Positions 35,364 to 45,701 are shown, numbered from the stretch's first letter. The stretch: 64,000 nt of DNA from Candidatus Pyrohabitans jungbluthii (GCA_002010065.2 MTMD02000002.1:544001-608000); one strand, 5' to 3'. Numbers and translations: made by a program. The notes: generated by a model from the letters alone, not told the origin.

Positions 35364-36737
35364 ATGGAGTACGACGTGGCAATAATAGGCGCAGGGCCAG
35401 CGGGGCTCTTCGCAGCATATGAACTGGCGGAGAAGAGTAAACTCAGAGTGGTTATTGTAGACATGGGAAAGGATGTGAACAAGCGCATTTGTCCAATGGA
35501 GAAGACTGGCGTTTGCGTGAAGTGCAAACCGTGCAACGTGATGAGTGGTGTGGGTGGCGCCGGTGGACTGAGCGATGGTACTCTGAACCTTCGTCCTGAC
35601 ATTGGGGGTAATCTCTACGAGTTTCTGCCTGAGAATGAAGCCTGGGAGCTGGTACGCTACGTGGACAGCATCTACGTGAAGCATGGCACGCCAACGAAGC
35701 TTTACGAAGCCACGAGCGAGGAAGAGGAAGAGCTCTCGCGCAAGGCTGCGAGCGCGGGCATAGAGTTTGTGCAGATACCCCAGCGCCATATAGGCAGCGA
35801 TCACACACCAGAGGTTATAAACAGCATAGCGCAGCACCTCCGCAGAAAGGGCGTGAAATTCCTTCTTGAGACACAGGTTGAGGAGATAACCCCTGAGCTT
35901 GAGCTTGTTCTGGTGGGAGGTAGGAGAATCAAGGCTAAGTATGTGATCGCTGCACCGGGGAGGAGCGGCGCACCATGGATGGTGAAGCAGGCGCAGAGGC
36001 TGGGCTTGAAGATACGCCACGGCCCTATCGATGTAGGGGTGCGTGTTGAGGTACCTGCGGTTATAATGGAGCCTGTGTGCAGGATAAACCGCGACCCTAA
36101 GTTCCACATCATAACTAAAACCTACGACGATTTTGTGCGTACCTTCTGCGTGAACCACCGCGGCTTCATGGTAAAGGAGAGCTACAAGGGCTACGTTGGC
36201 GTCAACGGCCACTCACTGCGCGATAAGCAGAGCAACAACACCAACTTCGCCTTCCTCACGCGGATTGAGCTTACCGAGCCTGTGGAGAACTCTACTGAGT
36301 ATGGGGAGAGCATAGCTAAAACCGCTACGACGCTCGGCGGGGGTAATCCCCTGATTCAACGCCTCGGCGACCTGCGCAGAGGGAGACGCTCCACGTGGAA
36401 GCGCATTAACTCAGGCTTAGTTAAGCCCACGCTGCGTGCCGTAACCCCTGGAGATATCGCCATGGTCATGCCTCACCGTATAGTTACCAACATCCTCGAG
36501 GGATTGGAGCGCCTGGATAAGGTTATACCCGGCGTTGCCAGCGACTCAACGCTTCTCTACGCGCCTGAGATTAAGTACTACGCGATGCGCGTTGAGGTTG
36601 GCAAAACCATGGAGACCTCCATACCAAACCTCTTCGTCGCAGGCGATGGCGTTGGCGTTTCCCGCGGCATAATCATAGCCTCAGCAACTGGCGTACTCGC
36701 TGCGAGGGGGATAATGGAAAAGGAGGGTGTGCTTTAG
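35364..36737 (+). CDS. NAD(P)/FAD-dependent oxidoreductase (COG2509-like)
   Basis: IIGAGPAG, CP...CVKCKPC, GGAGGLSDG, HIGSD, VDVGVRVE-like, YAPEIKYY, AGDGVG. Confidence 0.9.
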   Translation: MEYDVAIIGAGPAGLFAAYELAEKSKLRVVIVDMGKDVNKRICPMEKTGVCVKCKPCNVMSGVGGAGGLSDGTLNLRPDIGGNLYEFLPENEAWELVRYVDSIYVKHGTPTKLYEATSEEEEELSRKAASAGIEFVQIPQRHIGSDHTPEVINSIAQHLRRKGVKFLLETQVEEITPELELVLVGGRRIKAKYVIAAPGRSGAPWMVKQAQRLGLKIRHGPIDVGVRVEVPAVIMEPVCRINRDPKFHIITKTYDDFVRTFCVNHRGFMVKESYKGYVGVNGHSLRDKQSNNTNFAFLTRIELTEPVENSTEYGESIAKTATTLGGGNPLIQRLGDLRRGRRSTWKRINSGLVKPTLRAVTPGDIAMVMPHRIVTNILEGLERLDKVIPGVASDSTLLYAPEIKYYAMRVEVGKTMETSIPNLFVAGDGVGVSRGIIIASATGVLAARGIMEKEGVL

Positions 36738-36911
36738 ATTCAGGGGAAAAACCACCTTCCAGGTGCCGTTTATTGAGACTAAATCTATGTACCTTATCCT
36801 CCAGCTCTCGCAGGTGGATTTTCCCTAACTTCTCAATGGAGCAAGAGATGAGATTGATTGATGACAAAAGTAAAATAGGGGGAGAGGAGATAGTTGGGGT
36901 TAGGTGGTTGG

Positions 36912-38279
36912 ATGGAGTACATATTTCGCGCTTACGATGTTCGCGGAGTGTTCAATGTGGATGTCACGGCGGAGGCAGCCGCGCGAATAGGCATGGCTTT
37001 TGGCACCTTCTTGGGTGGTGAAGGGCGCGTTCTTGTCGCACGAGACCCTCGGGTAACAAGCGAGATATTCGAGCGTGCCTTCTCCTCCGGGCTCGCCTCG
37101 ACCGGCATTGACGTTTACCTCACCGGGATGGTGCCTATACCTGTGGCGAACTTCGCCACCGCGAGGCACAGCTACGACGCCGGAGCTTACATCACCGCTT
37201 CACACAACCCACCAGAGTACAACGGCGTTCGCTTTCGCCATGGAGATGGCACTGGCTACACAAAGGAAAATGCCGAGGTCAAGGAGATTTTCTTTAACGG
37301 CGAGTTCAAACTTGCGAAGTGGGGTGATGTGGGTGAAATAGTAGAGCTCAGCCCGCGCCAGACTCTGCGGGAGTATGAGGATTACCTCCTCTCAAGGCTC
37401 AAGCTTGAGCGCGAGCTTAAAGTGGTTCTCGATGCGGGTAATGGCGCGGCTGGTGTAATAGCGCCCTATATATTTCGAAAGGCAGGGGCAAAGGTTACGA
37501 CGCTTAACGCTCAGCCAGATGGAACTTTTCCAGGGCGAAAAAGCGAGCCAAATGCAGAGAGCTTAGCTGACCTCGCGCGTGTGGTTTCTAGCATCGACGC
37601 CGCCTTTGGCGCTGGCTACGACGGCGACGCCGACCGCGTTGTGTTCGTTGACGATTTAGGTAGAGTGGTGCAGACGGAGAAGGTGGGCATAATTATAGCC
37701 CGGGAAATTTTACGTGAGAAGGGTGGAGGCGTGGTAATAGCTAACGTGGAGTGCTCCCAGATAGTTGAGGAGGAGATTTCAAAGCATGGGGGCGAGGTTA
37801 GGCGGGTACGCGTGGGCGATGTGTTCGTGTGCGAGGCGATAAAGCAGCATGGCGCTGTCTTTGCAATGGAAACCTCGGCGCACTACTTCTACCCCGACTT
37901 CTACCCCTTCGACGACCCTATTCTGGTAAGCCTGAAGCTGGCTTCAATTCTCTCACAGCGAGGTGAGAAGCTTTCCCAGCTTGTGGATGAGATACCCAGC
38001 TACCCCAAGCTCCACAAGAACTTTCCCTGTGACGACAGGATAAAGTTTCAGGTGATGGAGAAGATTATCCAGAGCTTGAAGGAGAAGGGCTACACCCTCG
38101 ACATGACCGACGGTGCACGTGTGGTCTTAGAGGACGGCTGGGCTCTGCTGAGACCGAGCAACACCTCGCCATTGATAAGGGCGAGCATCGAGGCTACAAG
38201 CGAGGAGCGCGTGCAGGAACTTCTCCGCCTTGTGGAGAGGGAATTTGAGGAAGCGCTGAGAAAAACGAAAAGGGATTGA
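36912..38279 (+). CDS. Alpha-D-phosphohexomutase (PGM/PMM family)
   Basis: IFRAYDVRG, TASHNPPEYNG, YDGDADR, ETSAH, RPSNT. Start set at ATG 36912. Confidence 0.93.
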   Translation: MEYIFRAYDVRGVFNVDVTAEAAARIGMAFGTFLGGEGRVLVARDPRVTSEIFERAFSSGLASTGIDVYLTGMVPIPVANFATARHSYDAGAYITASHNPPEYNGVRFRHGDGTGYTKENAEVKEIFFNGEFKLAKWGDVGEIVELSPRQTLREYEDYLLSRLKLERELKVVLDAGNGAAGVIAPYIFRKAGAKVTTLNAQPDGTFPGRKSEPNAESLADLARVVSSIDAAFGAGYDGDADRVVFVDDLGRVVQTEKVGIIIAREILREKGGGVVIANVECSQIVEEEISKHGGEVRRVRVGDVFVCEAIKQHGAVFAMETSAHYFYPDFYPFDDPILVSLKLASILSQRGEKLSQLVDEIPSYPKLHKNFPCDDRIKFQVMEKIIQSLKEKGYTLDMTDGARVVLEDGWALLRPSNTSPLIRASIEATSEERVQELLRLVEREFEEALRKTKRD

Positions 38280-38296
38280 AACGTTAGCCCCTCGCC

Positions 38297-39310
38297 ATGT
38301 TGTATATGCAGCTTGAAAGCGTGGTCAAGGAGATAAGAAGCCGCGCACTGGAAGAGCTTCGGGGAAGCGGAAAATTCGCAGCCTGGCGCGAGAGGGATTT
38401 CCTTCATGGTGAAGAAGTTGACGCAGGTGTTATTGTACTCTCTACTCGTGGCTGTGCTTGGGCGCTGCGCGGAGGCTGCACCATGTGCGGTTATGTTTAT
38501 GATTCCTCTCGCGGCGCTTCTCAGGCAGAGGTGCTGCAGCAGTTTAAAGAGGGGCTTGCCAAGGTTGGAGAGGTCGCCTACCTCAAGGTGTTCAACTCGG
38601 GCAGCTTCTTCGACGAGGGCGAGATTTCGCGAGAGACAAGGCTCAAGATATTCCAGGAGGTCAACGCTCTTGGAGTTAAACGCCTTCAAGTGGAGTCCCG
38701 CCCTGAGTACATAACCCGCGAGGTTCTAGAAGAATCAGTCAGTGTGCTGGAGCCGGAGCTTGAGGTTGGCATTGGTCTTGAAACCACAAACGACTACATA
38801 CGCGAGGTGTGCATCAACAAGGGCTTCACCCTCGCAGAGTTCACTCGCGCCTTCGATGTGTGCAAAAGCGCAGGGGTTAAAACAAAGGCGTATCTCCTCA
38901 TAAAGCCGCCCTTCATAACAGAGGCTGAGGCGATAGAAGACGCTGTTAGGAGTGGTGTGGAGGCGGCTCGCCTCGGCGTAGAGCGGCTGAGCTACAACCC
39001 CCTCAATGTGCAGCGGGGCACGCTGGTGGAGGAACTTTTTAATAAGCGGGAGTACCGCCCGCCGTGGCTGTGGAGCGTTGTAGAGATTATAAAGCGCGTG
39101 AAGGAGCGCGTGAGCATACCCGTGGTGTGCTCTCCTTCCGGAGCGGGCACAAAGCGGGGCGCTCACAACTGCGGGAAGTGCGACTCCCGCGTGCTCGCCG
39201 CTATACGCAGGTTCTCTTCTACGCAGGAGCTTCGCTACATTGAGGAGCTAACCTGTACCTGCAAGCAAAGGTGGAAGGAGGAGCTAAACCTGGAGGTATT
39301 TGAGAGGTGA
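38297..39310 (+). CDS. Archaeosine biosynthesis radical SAM protein RaSEA
   Basis: TRGC.WA..GGCTMCGY, KVFNSGSFFD, VESRPEY, GLET, YLLIKP, YRPPWLWS, RGAHNCGKCD. Confidence 0.9.
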   Translation: MLYMQLESVVKEIRSRALEELRGSGKFAAWRERDFLHGEEVDAGVIVLSTRGCAWALRGGCTMCGYVYDSSRGASQAEVLQQFKEGLAKVGEVAYLKVFNSGSFFDEGEISRETRLKIFQEVNALGVKRLQVESRPEYITREVLEESVSVLEPELEVGIGLETTNDYIREVCINKGFTLAEFTRAFDVCKSAGVKTKAYLLIKPPFITEAEAIEDAVRSGVEAARLGVERLSYNPLNVQRGTLVEELFNKREYRPPWLWSVVEIIKRVKERVSIPVVCSPSGAGTKRGAHNCGKCDSRVLAAIRRFSSTQELRYIEELTCTCKQRWKEELNLEVFER

Positions 39311-39705
39311 GGATAAAGGTCAGGAAGATTTCTGCCGGCATCGCAGAAGGTGAGGCTGTAGTAACCAGAGAGGCGATCACCTTTCTCGGCGGCGTGGATG
39401 CTAAGTGGGGCGTGGTGGTGGAGCGCGGGCATGAGCTTGAAGGCAGAAGCATAGCCGGTAAAATCCTGGTGCTTCCCCACACCAAGGGCTCGACGGTTGG
39501 GAGCTACGTGATATACCAGATGAAGAAGCTTGGCACCGCGCCTCTCGCCATAATTGCTGTTAAGGCTGACGAGATGCTCGCCACCGGGGCGATAATCTCG
39601 GGCATACCTCTGGTGGACTCCCCCAGTGAAGACGTGCTGAGCATACCCCAGGGCGCTAAGCTAAGGGTAAACGCCGACGAGGGCTACGTAGAGGTGAAAG
39701 ATTGA
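39307..39705 (+). CDS. DUF126 / aconitase X small subunit (phosphomevalonate dehydratase small subunit)
   Basis: G.AEGEA, ITFLGGVD, GKILV.P..KGSTVGSYV, IP.VD. Confidence 0.9.
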   Translation: MRIKVRKISAGIAEGEAVVTREAITFLGGVDAKWGVVVERGHELEGRSIAGKILVLPHTKGSTVGSYVIYQMKKLGTAPLAIIAVKADEMLATGAIISGIPLVDSPSEDVLSIPQGAKLRVNADEGYVEVKD

Positions 39706-40799
39706 ACGACCTTGACTCCGTCACCCGCAGCTTAGCTGCGGATAACTTTGAGGAACTCATTGCAAGAGGGTTTATTATAAAAGCGCGCTACTTTGGCAAG
39801 CTTGTAAGCTATGAAGTGGAGCCTCTCTTTGGGCATGAGCGCAGCTTTGAACTTGTGCTCCAGGGCTTCGAAGGCTCAGGCTACTATCCCCTCTACAGGG
39901 AAAAGAATGGTAGGTACTTTATCACAGTGGTTAAGAAGGATAAAAGGGGCTTCTCCCCTCCTGAGTGGGCTCACGTCCTTCTCTTCCTCGCCACGCTGGT
40001 TACTGTCACCCTCGCTGGGTACATCTGGTGGGCAGATGGTGATATCTACCTGAGTGTGCTCTTCGCAGCCTCGCTTATGCTTATCCTCGGAGGGCATGAG
40101 CTGGGGCACTACCTCGCGGCGAGGCGTCGCAATGTCGCGGCGACTCTGCCGTTCTTCATCCCCGTGCCGCCAAACATATTCCCCTTCGGTACCATGGGGG
40201 CTGTAATAACAATGCGCTCTCCCATTCCGGACAGAAAAGCGCTAATGGAGGTGGGCATCGCAGGACCTGCGATGGGCTTTCTCCTCGCGCTACCCTTCAT
40301 AGCCTACGGTTTAATGCACTCCACACCAGTGCCTATAGAAGAAGCAAAGGACGAGATAACCTTCTTCATGCCCCTTGCCATGCAGGCAATAGCAAAGCTG
40401 GTGCTCGGCGACATCGGCGAGGCGAGCCTTGACGCTCACCCCCTCGCGATGGCGGGCTGGATAGGCTTATTCGTCACCTCCCTCAACCTCCTTCCAATGG
40501 GGCAACTCGATGGCGGGCACGTGGTTCGCGCTCTGTTTCCCAGGCGATACCGTGCCGTTTACCGGGGCGTTTTTGTGCTGCTCCTTTTATCCTTTGTGGT
40601 GTGGCCGGGTTGGCTATTCTGGGCGGTGGTGGCGTATATAATAACCCGGCTGGAGCATCCAGGTCCACTCAACGACGTCTCCCCCTTAGACACAAAAAGA
40701 AAGCTCCTCGGCGTGCTGATGCTTCTGCTCCTCATCCTCACCTTCATGCCGGTGCCCTTCATCTCCACGGAGCTTCTGGTGGAGATTTCCAGAAGATGA
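39702..40799 (+). CDS. Site-2 protease (M50 family)
   Basis: HELGH, LPFFIP, GTMGA, IAGP, NLLPMGQLDGGH. Confidence 0.93.
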   Translation: MNDLDSVTRSLAADNFEELIARGFIIKARYFGKLVSYEVEPLFGHERSFELVLQGFEGSGYYPLYREKNGRYFITVVKKDKRGFSPPEWAHVLLFLATLVTVTLAGYIWWADGDIYLSVLFAASLMLILGGHELGHYLAARRRNVAATLPFFIPVPPNIFPFGTMGAVITMRSPIPDRKALMEVGIAGPAMGFLLALPFIAYGLMHSTPVPIEEAKDEITFFMPLAMQAIAKLVLGDIGEASLDAHPLAMAGWIGLFVTSLNLLPMGQLDGGHVVRALFPRRYRAVYRGVFVLLLLSFVVWPGWLFWAVVAYIITRLEHPGPLNDVSPLDTKRKLLGVLMLLLLILTFMPVPFISTELLVEISRR

Positions 40800-40903
40800 C
40801 CCTATTAGAAGGTTGCAGATGAGAGAGTCAAAGCTTGAGAAAGAGATCGAAGGGTTCAAAGCCAAAATCTGGCTGGAGTAAGGTGGTGTGTGTTATTTAA
40901 TGC

Positions 40904-41665
40904 TTACCTGCCAAACCTGCGCTGTCTCTGCTGGTAGGTGCGCAGGGCGCGCAGGAAGTCTATTTTCCGAAAACCCGGCCAGTAGGTTTCGCAGAAGTAG
41001 AGCTCAGCATAGGCACTTTGCCACAACAGAAAGCCAGAGATGCGCTCCTCGCCAGAGGTTCTGATTATTAAGTCTGGGTCGGGCATGCCGTTAGTGTACA
41101 GGTGCTGAGCTATGATTGCCTCGCTTATATCCTGGCTACTCATCTCCCCTCTCTCTATCTTCTCCGCCATCTTCTTAAAAGCGTCCACTATCTCCTGCCG
41201 TCCGCCGTAGGCGACGGCGACGTTAAGTATGAGGTTGTCGTAGTGCTTCGTCTTTTCCTCCGCGTAGGCTATCGCCTTGCGAACGCGCTCCGGGAAGCGC
41301 TCCACCTTGCCTATAGCTCTAATCCTGACGCGGTTGCGGTGTATGCGCTCGTCCTCGGCGACTTTGTAGAAGTACTCCTCGAAGATGTCGAAGAGCTTTT
41401 CCACCTCCTCCTTTGGCCTCGAGAAGTTCTCCGTAGAGAAGGCGTAGGTGGTGATGTTTTTTATTCCCAGCTGCACGCACCACTCCAGGAACTCTTCCAG
41501 CTTCTGTGCTCCAAGGCGGTGACCCACCCAGGGCGGCGAGCCCAGCTTACGAGCTAAGCGGCGGTTTCCGTCCATTATCACAGCTATGTGCTGGGGCATA
41601 GGCTTTGACTTCACCTGCCTCTCCAGCAGCCACTCGTACAGCTTATACACTGGATATAGAATCAC
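40904..41665 (-). CDS. uppS: cis-prenyltransferase (undecaprenyl/polyprenyl diphosphate synthase)
   Basis: HIAVIMDGNRR, YAFSTENF.R, YGGRQEI, PDLIIRTSGEERISGFLLWQ, RRFG. Confidence 0.96.
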   Translation of the reverse strand: MILYPVYKLYEWLLERQVKSKPMPQHIAVIMDGNRRLARKLGSPPWVGHRLGAQKLEEFLEWCVQLGIKNITTYAFSTENFSRPKEEVEKLFDIFEEYFYKVAEDERIHRNRVRIRAIGKVERFPERVRKAIAYAEEKTKHYDNLILNVAVAYGGRQEIVDAFKKMAEKIERGEMSSQDISEAIIAQHLYTNGMPDPDLIIRTSGEERISGFLLWQSAYAELYFCETYWPGFRKIDFLRALRTYQQRQRRFGR

Positions 41666-41985
41666 TCTTCAGCCACCTCCTGCACAGTAAGCGGAGCGCC
41701 GCAGGAGCCGCAGAACTTGCCCGCGCTGGCTATGGGAGCACCGCAGGAGGGGCACTCCTGGGGCAGGCTCACCTCCTGCATTGGCTCAGTCTTTTTTCGT
41801 TCTCGAGGCTTGTAAAGGAGGAGGTATAAACCTGCGCCCATTGCGACGAGACCTAAACTCCAGTATATCACTATGAACATTTCATCCTGCTCGATGTAAG
41901 CCTGGTAGAGGAGGAGTATACCCACGGCTACGCTAACAAGGCTGAGCAGAATCTTCTGAGAACTCTGTGTTTCTGCCATAGCCAC
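41662..41985 (-). CDS. Membrane protein with C-terminal zinc ribbon
   Basis: 2 TM followed by CPSCGA...KFCGSCGAPL. Confidence 0.8.
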   Translation of the reverse strand: MAMAETQSSQKILLSLVSVAVGILLLYQAYIEQDEMFIVIYWSLGLVAMGAGLYLLLYKPRERKKTEPMQEVSLPQECPSCGAPIASAGKFCGSCGAPLTVQEVAEE

Positions 41986-42028
41986 CCCTTTAGCTTTTTA
42001 TGAGCCCCTGCATTATAAATTTAACGAC

Positions 42029-42274
42029 TTACGGGCTGAGAAAAAACAGAATAACCCCTGCCAGGAGTATCGCAGCTATGTAAGCGGCAAGCACATGGCT
42101 GAGCATGTTTTCTTCGGCTGAGGTATAGCTAAGCCCGCCGAGAAAGCTCCCAAGCCCAAGGATGAGAAGCCCGCTGCTTAGAGCCGTGTTCGAAGGTAAA
42201 AGCCGCAGTCCGTGAGCAAGCAGAAAAGCGCCTGCAAACACCGCCAGGTTGCGCAGGAATACTCTGACGTGCAA
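42029..42274 (-). CDS. Small membrane protein
   Basis: About 3 hydrophobic helices; follows the phosphoesterase gene by 4 nt. Confidence 0.55.
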   Translation of the reverse strand: MHVRVFLRNLAVFAGAFLLAHGLRLLPSNTALSSGLLILGLGSFLGGLSYTSAEENMLSHVLAAYIAAILLAGVILFFLSP

Positions 42275-42278
42275 AGCG

Positions 42279-42770
42279 TTACACCTCTATTACCTCTGCC
42301 TTGAGGCTTTTTAAATCTAAGATGCACAGTGTGCGTTTCCCAGTCAGGTAGCCGCAGAGTTCCCCAGGATTAACCGCAACACAAGCGTTGCTACGGCTAA
42401 CTTCTATTTTGTGGGTATGCCCTGTAACCACCAAGTCGTAGCGCCCGCTTGCCACTAACGCAGAGGTAATCGCAGCTACGGTACCGTGGTAAACTGCAAT
42501 TTTGCGATTGGCCAGCTCGAGTTCTGCAAAATCAGCTATGCTTGCCCCCATCTCAGTGAGGCGTTTCGCAAGCAGTGCTCGCTCCCCATCGTTGTTCCCA
42601 TAGACGCATGTCAGCTTTGCTTCCAGCTTCGCAAGTTTCGACGCTGCGAAGGGCGCCACCATGTCGCCGGCATGAAGCACATGCTCCACGCCCTCGCGGT
42701 TTAGCAGCTTTACTGCCGCCTCAAGCGCAGGCAGGTTGTCATGAGAGTCGGAGATTATCCCCACAAGCAT
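42279..42770 (-). CDS. Metallophosphoesterase (MJ0936/YfcE family)
   Basis: SDSHD, HAGD, GNND, YHG, GHTH, NPG. Confidence 0.93.
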   Translation of the reverse strand: MLVGIISDSHDNLPALEAAVKLLNREGVEHVLHAGDMVAPFAASKLAKLEAKLTCVYGNNDGERALLAKRLTEMGASIADFAELELANRKIAVYHGTVAAITSALVASGRYDLVVTGHTHKIEVSRSNACVAVNPGELCGYLTGKRTLCILDLKSLKAEVIEV

Positions 42771-42837
42771 GGAGTAAATCTTTACCCCCGCCCATAAAAT
42801 TTTTTTGTCGCGATGCTGAGTAAGCGTAGTGGTTTAA

Positions 42838-43977
42838 ATGAGGTTTGCAAAGCGGTTGAGCTACATCGATATCTCCGGAATAAGGAAGATGTTTGAGCTG
42901 GCAAAGGCTGAAGGGGTTATAAACCTTGCTTTAGGAGAGCCCGACTTCGGCATACCTCCCAGCGCCAAGCAGGCGATAATCTCAGGTTTAGCCCAGGATT
43001 TCACCCACTATACGCCGAATAAGGGCATCGAGGAGCTTCGCAGCGCCATAGCCGAGAAACTGCGTAAAGAGAATGGCATAGCCTCGAGCGGCGAGGACAT
43101 AATTGTCACCTCGGGTGCGAGTGAGGCTCTTCACTTGGCGATTCTCGCCCTGATTGAGCCTGGAGACGAGGTGCTGGTGCCCAACCCGGGCTTTGTGTCC
43201 TACTCGCCCTTGGTGAGGCTCGCTGGTGGCGTGCCTGTGAGCTACGAGGTAGCCGAGAGCAATGCCTTCGAACCAAGAGTAGAGGAAATAGAGGAGAAGC
43301 TTACTAAGCGCACAAAGCTCATAATAGTCAACTCTCCAAGCAACCCCACTGGAGCGGTTTTCTCCCGACGAACAGTAAAGGAAATCGCAAAGCTTGCGGA
43401 GAGCGAAGGCTTAGCGCTGCTGAGCGATGAGGTTTATGAAAAGATAATCTACGAGGGCGAGCACCACAGCTTTGCCCGCTATTACCCCGAGACGATAACA
43501 GTGAACGGCTTCTCAAAGAGCTACGCCATGACGGGCTTGCGCCTGGGTTATGTTCACGCACCCAGTGAGGCGATAGAGGAGATGCTCAAAATCCACCAGT
43601 ACATTCAGGCAAGCACCGTCTCGCTCTCTCAGCTCGCAGCCTTAGCGGCGCTGGAGCAGGGAGAGGAGCACGTTAAGGAGATGGTGACGCGCTTTAAGCA
43701 GAGGCGGGATTTGATAATGAAGGAGCTTACGGGGCTTCCGGGCGTTACCTGCCTCTCACCGCGAGGCGCTTTCTATGCCTTCCCCAACTTCTCTACTTAT
43801 GGCTCTTCTCAGGAGCTTGCCATGGAGCTGCTGAGGCAAGCAAAGGTAGTGGTTACTCCAGGCACGGCCTTTGGAAGCGCTGGCGAGGGCTACCTGCGCT
43901 TTTCCTTCGCCACAAGCGAGGAAAATATTATAGAGGGGATGCGTAGAATTAAGCATTACCTGGAGGCGAGGCAATGA
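42838..43977 (+). CDS. Class I/II PLP aminotransferase (aspartate aminotransferase-like)
   Basis: GEPDF, NSPSNPTG, SDEVY, NGFSKSYAMTGLRLG, GAFY, YLRFS. Confidence 0.94.
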   Translation: MRFAKRLSYIDISGIRKMFELAKAEGVINLALGEPDFGIPPSAKQAIISGLAQDFTHYTPNKGIEELRSAIAEKLRKENGIASSGEDIIVTSGASEALHLAILALIEPGDEVLVPNPGFVSYSPLVRLAGGVPVSYEVAESNAFEPRVEEIEEKLTKRTKLIIVNSPSNPTGAVFSRRTVKEIAKLAESEGLALLSDEVYEKIIYEGEHHSFARYYPETITVNGFSKSYAMTGLRLGYVHAPSEAIEEMLKIHQYIQASTVSLSQLAALAALEQGEEHVKEMVTRFKQRRDLIMKELTGLPGVTCLSPRGAFYAFPNFSTYGSSQELAMELLRQAKVVVTPGTAFGSAGEGYLRFSFATSEENIIEGMRRIKHYLEARQ

Positions 43978-45008
43978 AGTTACTCAAGAAGCTTAGCGAG
44001 GCGCACGGCGTGCCCGGTCACGAGGATAAGGTGCGCAAGCTTCTGCGCGAGGAGTTAGAAAGAACCTGCGACGAGGTTTTTGTGGATAAGCTCGGCAACC
44101 TCATAGCAAGGAAGGGTGAGGGCAAGCGCAAGGTGATGCTTGACGCGCATATGGATGAGATAGGCTTAATGGTGAAGCATATAGACAAGAAGGGTTTCAT
44201 ACGCTTCACCACGCTGGGCGGCTTTTTCGATCAGACATTGCTAAACCAACGCGTGGTGGTGCACACCCGCAAGGGTGAGGTTCTTGGGGTTATAGGCTCC
44301 AAGCCCCCGCATCTGATGAAGGAGGAGGAGCGTAAGAAGGTGGTTAAGGCTGAGAACATGTTCATAGACGTCGGCGCAGGTGATGCCGAGGAGGTGAAGA
44401 AGCTCGGCGTTCGCGTGGGGGACTACATAACCTTTGACAGGAGCTTCGCTGAGCTTGCCGGCGAGCTTGTCACTGGCAAAGCCTTCGACAACCGCATAGG
44501 CTGCTATGCCATGGTCGAGATAATGCGCCGCTTAAGCGTTGATGCTGAAGTTTATGCCGTTGCCACTGTGCAGGAGGAGGTCGGGCTAAAGGGTGCGCGC
44601 ACCGCCGCATACAAGATATACCCTGACCTCGCGATTGTGCTCGACGTGACCACCACGGGCGATTACCCAGGTGTTCGAGAAGAGGAAAGCGCCACCAAGC
44701 TCAACGGCGGTCCCGCAATTACTCTAGTTGACGCAAAGGGGCGCGGGCTTATCACCCATCCTGAGGTGAAAGAGCTTTTAATCTCTACCGCAGAGGAGGA
44801 GAAGATACCCTACCAGCTCGAGGTTGGTGAAGGTGGAACCACAGATGCCACGACTATTCATTTAACCAAAGAGGGCGTGCCCGCAGGCGTCGTTTCTGTG
44901 CCCACGCGCTACATCCACTCTCCCGTAGAAGTAGCAAGCGTAAAGGACATAGAGCGCGTGGTAGAGCTTGTCGCGAAAGCGGTGGAGAGGTGGGCAGAAA
45001 AGGGTTAG
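43974..45008 (+). CDS. M42 (TET) aminopeptidase
   Basis: AHMDEIG, KPPH, KAFDNR, QEEVGLKGA, GGTTDA, RYIHS. Confidence 0.95.
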   Translation: MKLLKKLSEAHGVPGHEDKVRKLLREELERTCDEVFVDKLGNLIARKGEGKRKVMLDAHMDEIGLMVKHIDKKGFIRFTTLGGFFDQTLLNQRVVVHTRKGEVLGVIGSKPPHLMKEEERKKVVKAENMFIDVGAGDAEEVKKLGVRVGDYITFDRSFAELAGELVTGKAFDNRIGCYAMVEIMRRLSVDAEVYAVATVQEEVGLKGARTAAYKIYPDLAIVLDVTTTGDYPGVREEESATKLNGGPAITLVDAKGRGLITHPEVKELLISTAEEEKIPYQLEVGEGGTTDATTIHLTKEGVPAGVVSVPTRYIHSPVEVASVKDIERVVELVAKAVERWAEKG

Positions 45009-45634
45009 CTTCCCAAATCTCTAACTATTCCCACGCTCACAAGCGCCTTAACCGGCTTTCCACCGACCTGGCTTAAGCCTTTCTTGTCGATCATGACCAC
45101 CGCCGCAAGGGGGGTTGCACCCTTCTCGGTGAGGAAGGCTATTGTATCGCTCAGCGTTGTCCCCGTCGTAGCGATATCATCGACGATCACAACCTTCTTG
45201 CCTTCCACGCCTGCGAAGTTGGATAGGATAAAGCCCTGCTTCGCCTCACTCTGGGGTTCCCACATGTGCTTCTTTGGGCGAATAATGCACAGCTTGGCGT
45301 TGAGCTCTTCTGCGATGATCGTCGCCAGAGGCACGCCGCTCACAGCTATGCCTGCGATAACCTCTGGCTCGGGCAGCGAGTTCTCCTCCAGTATCTCCCT
45401 TATGAGTTCCGCCATGGCAAGGGCGACGTGACGCAGAACCACAGGGTTAGAGCCAACGTTGCGCCAGTCTATGTATATATCTCGAGGAGCGGCGCCGCGC
45501 TCTTCTTCGGTGTGGGTAACCAGCCAGAGCGCAGTCTCACGGCTAACGTTAAGCTCATCGGCAATCTCGCCGGTGGTTAATCCTCTCTTCTTCAGCTCTC
45601 TCGCTCGCTTTATGAGCTCTGAAATGTCGCGCAT
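45005..45634 (-). CDS. gfcR: HTH-PRT transcriptional regulator GfcR (orotate PRT-like)
   Basis: GLTTGEIADELNVSRETA.WL, DI.IDW, SNFA, VIVDDIATTG. Confidence 0.88.
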   Translation of the reverse strand: MRDISELIKRARELKKRGLTTGEIADELNVSRETALWLVTHTEEERGAAPRDIYIDWRNVGSNPVVLRHVALAMAELIREILEENSLPEPEVIAGIAVSGVPLATIIAEELNAKLCIIRPKKHMWEPQSEAKQGFILSNFAGVEGKKVVIVDDIATTGTTLSDTIAFLTEKGATPLAAVVMIDKKGLSQVGGKPVKALVSVGIVRDLGS

Positions 45635-45701
45635 GGTTAATATTCACCTCCCCTCCTATATATACTTTGTATCTATGGTTCCTGGAGGTAAACCCGGAGG
45701 A

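Noticed and set aside
35337-36212. Long antisense ORFs (e.g. 291 aa at 35337..36212; also 2724..3284, 4098..4637, 38090..38689, 54596..55135)
   Set aside because: Shadow frames opposite well-supported genes, with no protein motifs.
36673-37021. ORFs 36673..36867(-) and 36773..37021(+)
   Set aside because: They overlap real genes and show no recognisable motifs.
40819-40881. 20-codon ORF MRESKLEKEIEGFKAKIWLE, vaguely like a ModE N-terminus
   Set aside because: Too short, with no continuation of similarity after the stop.
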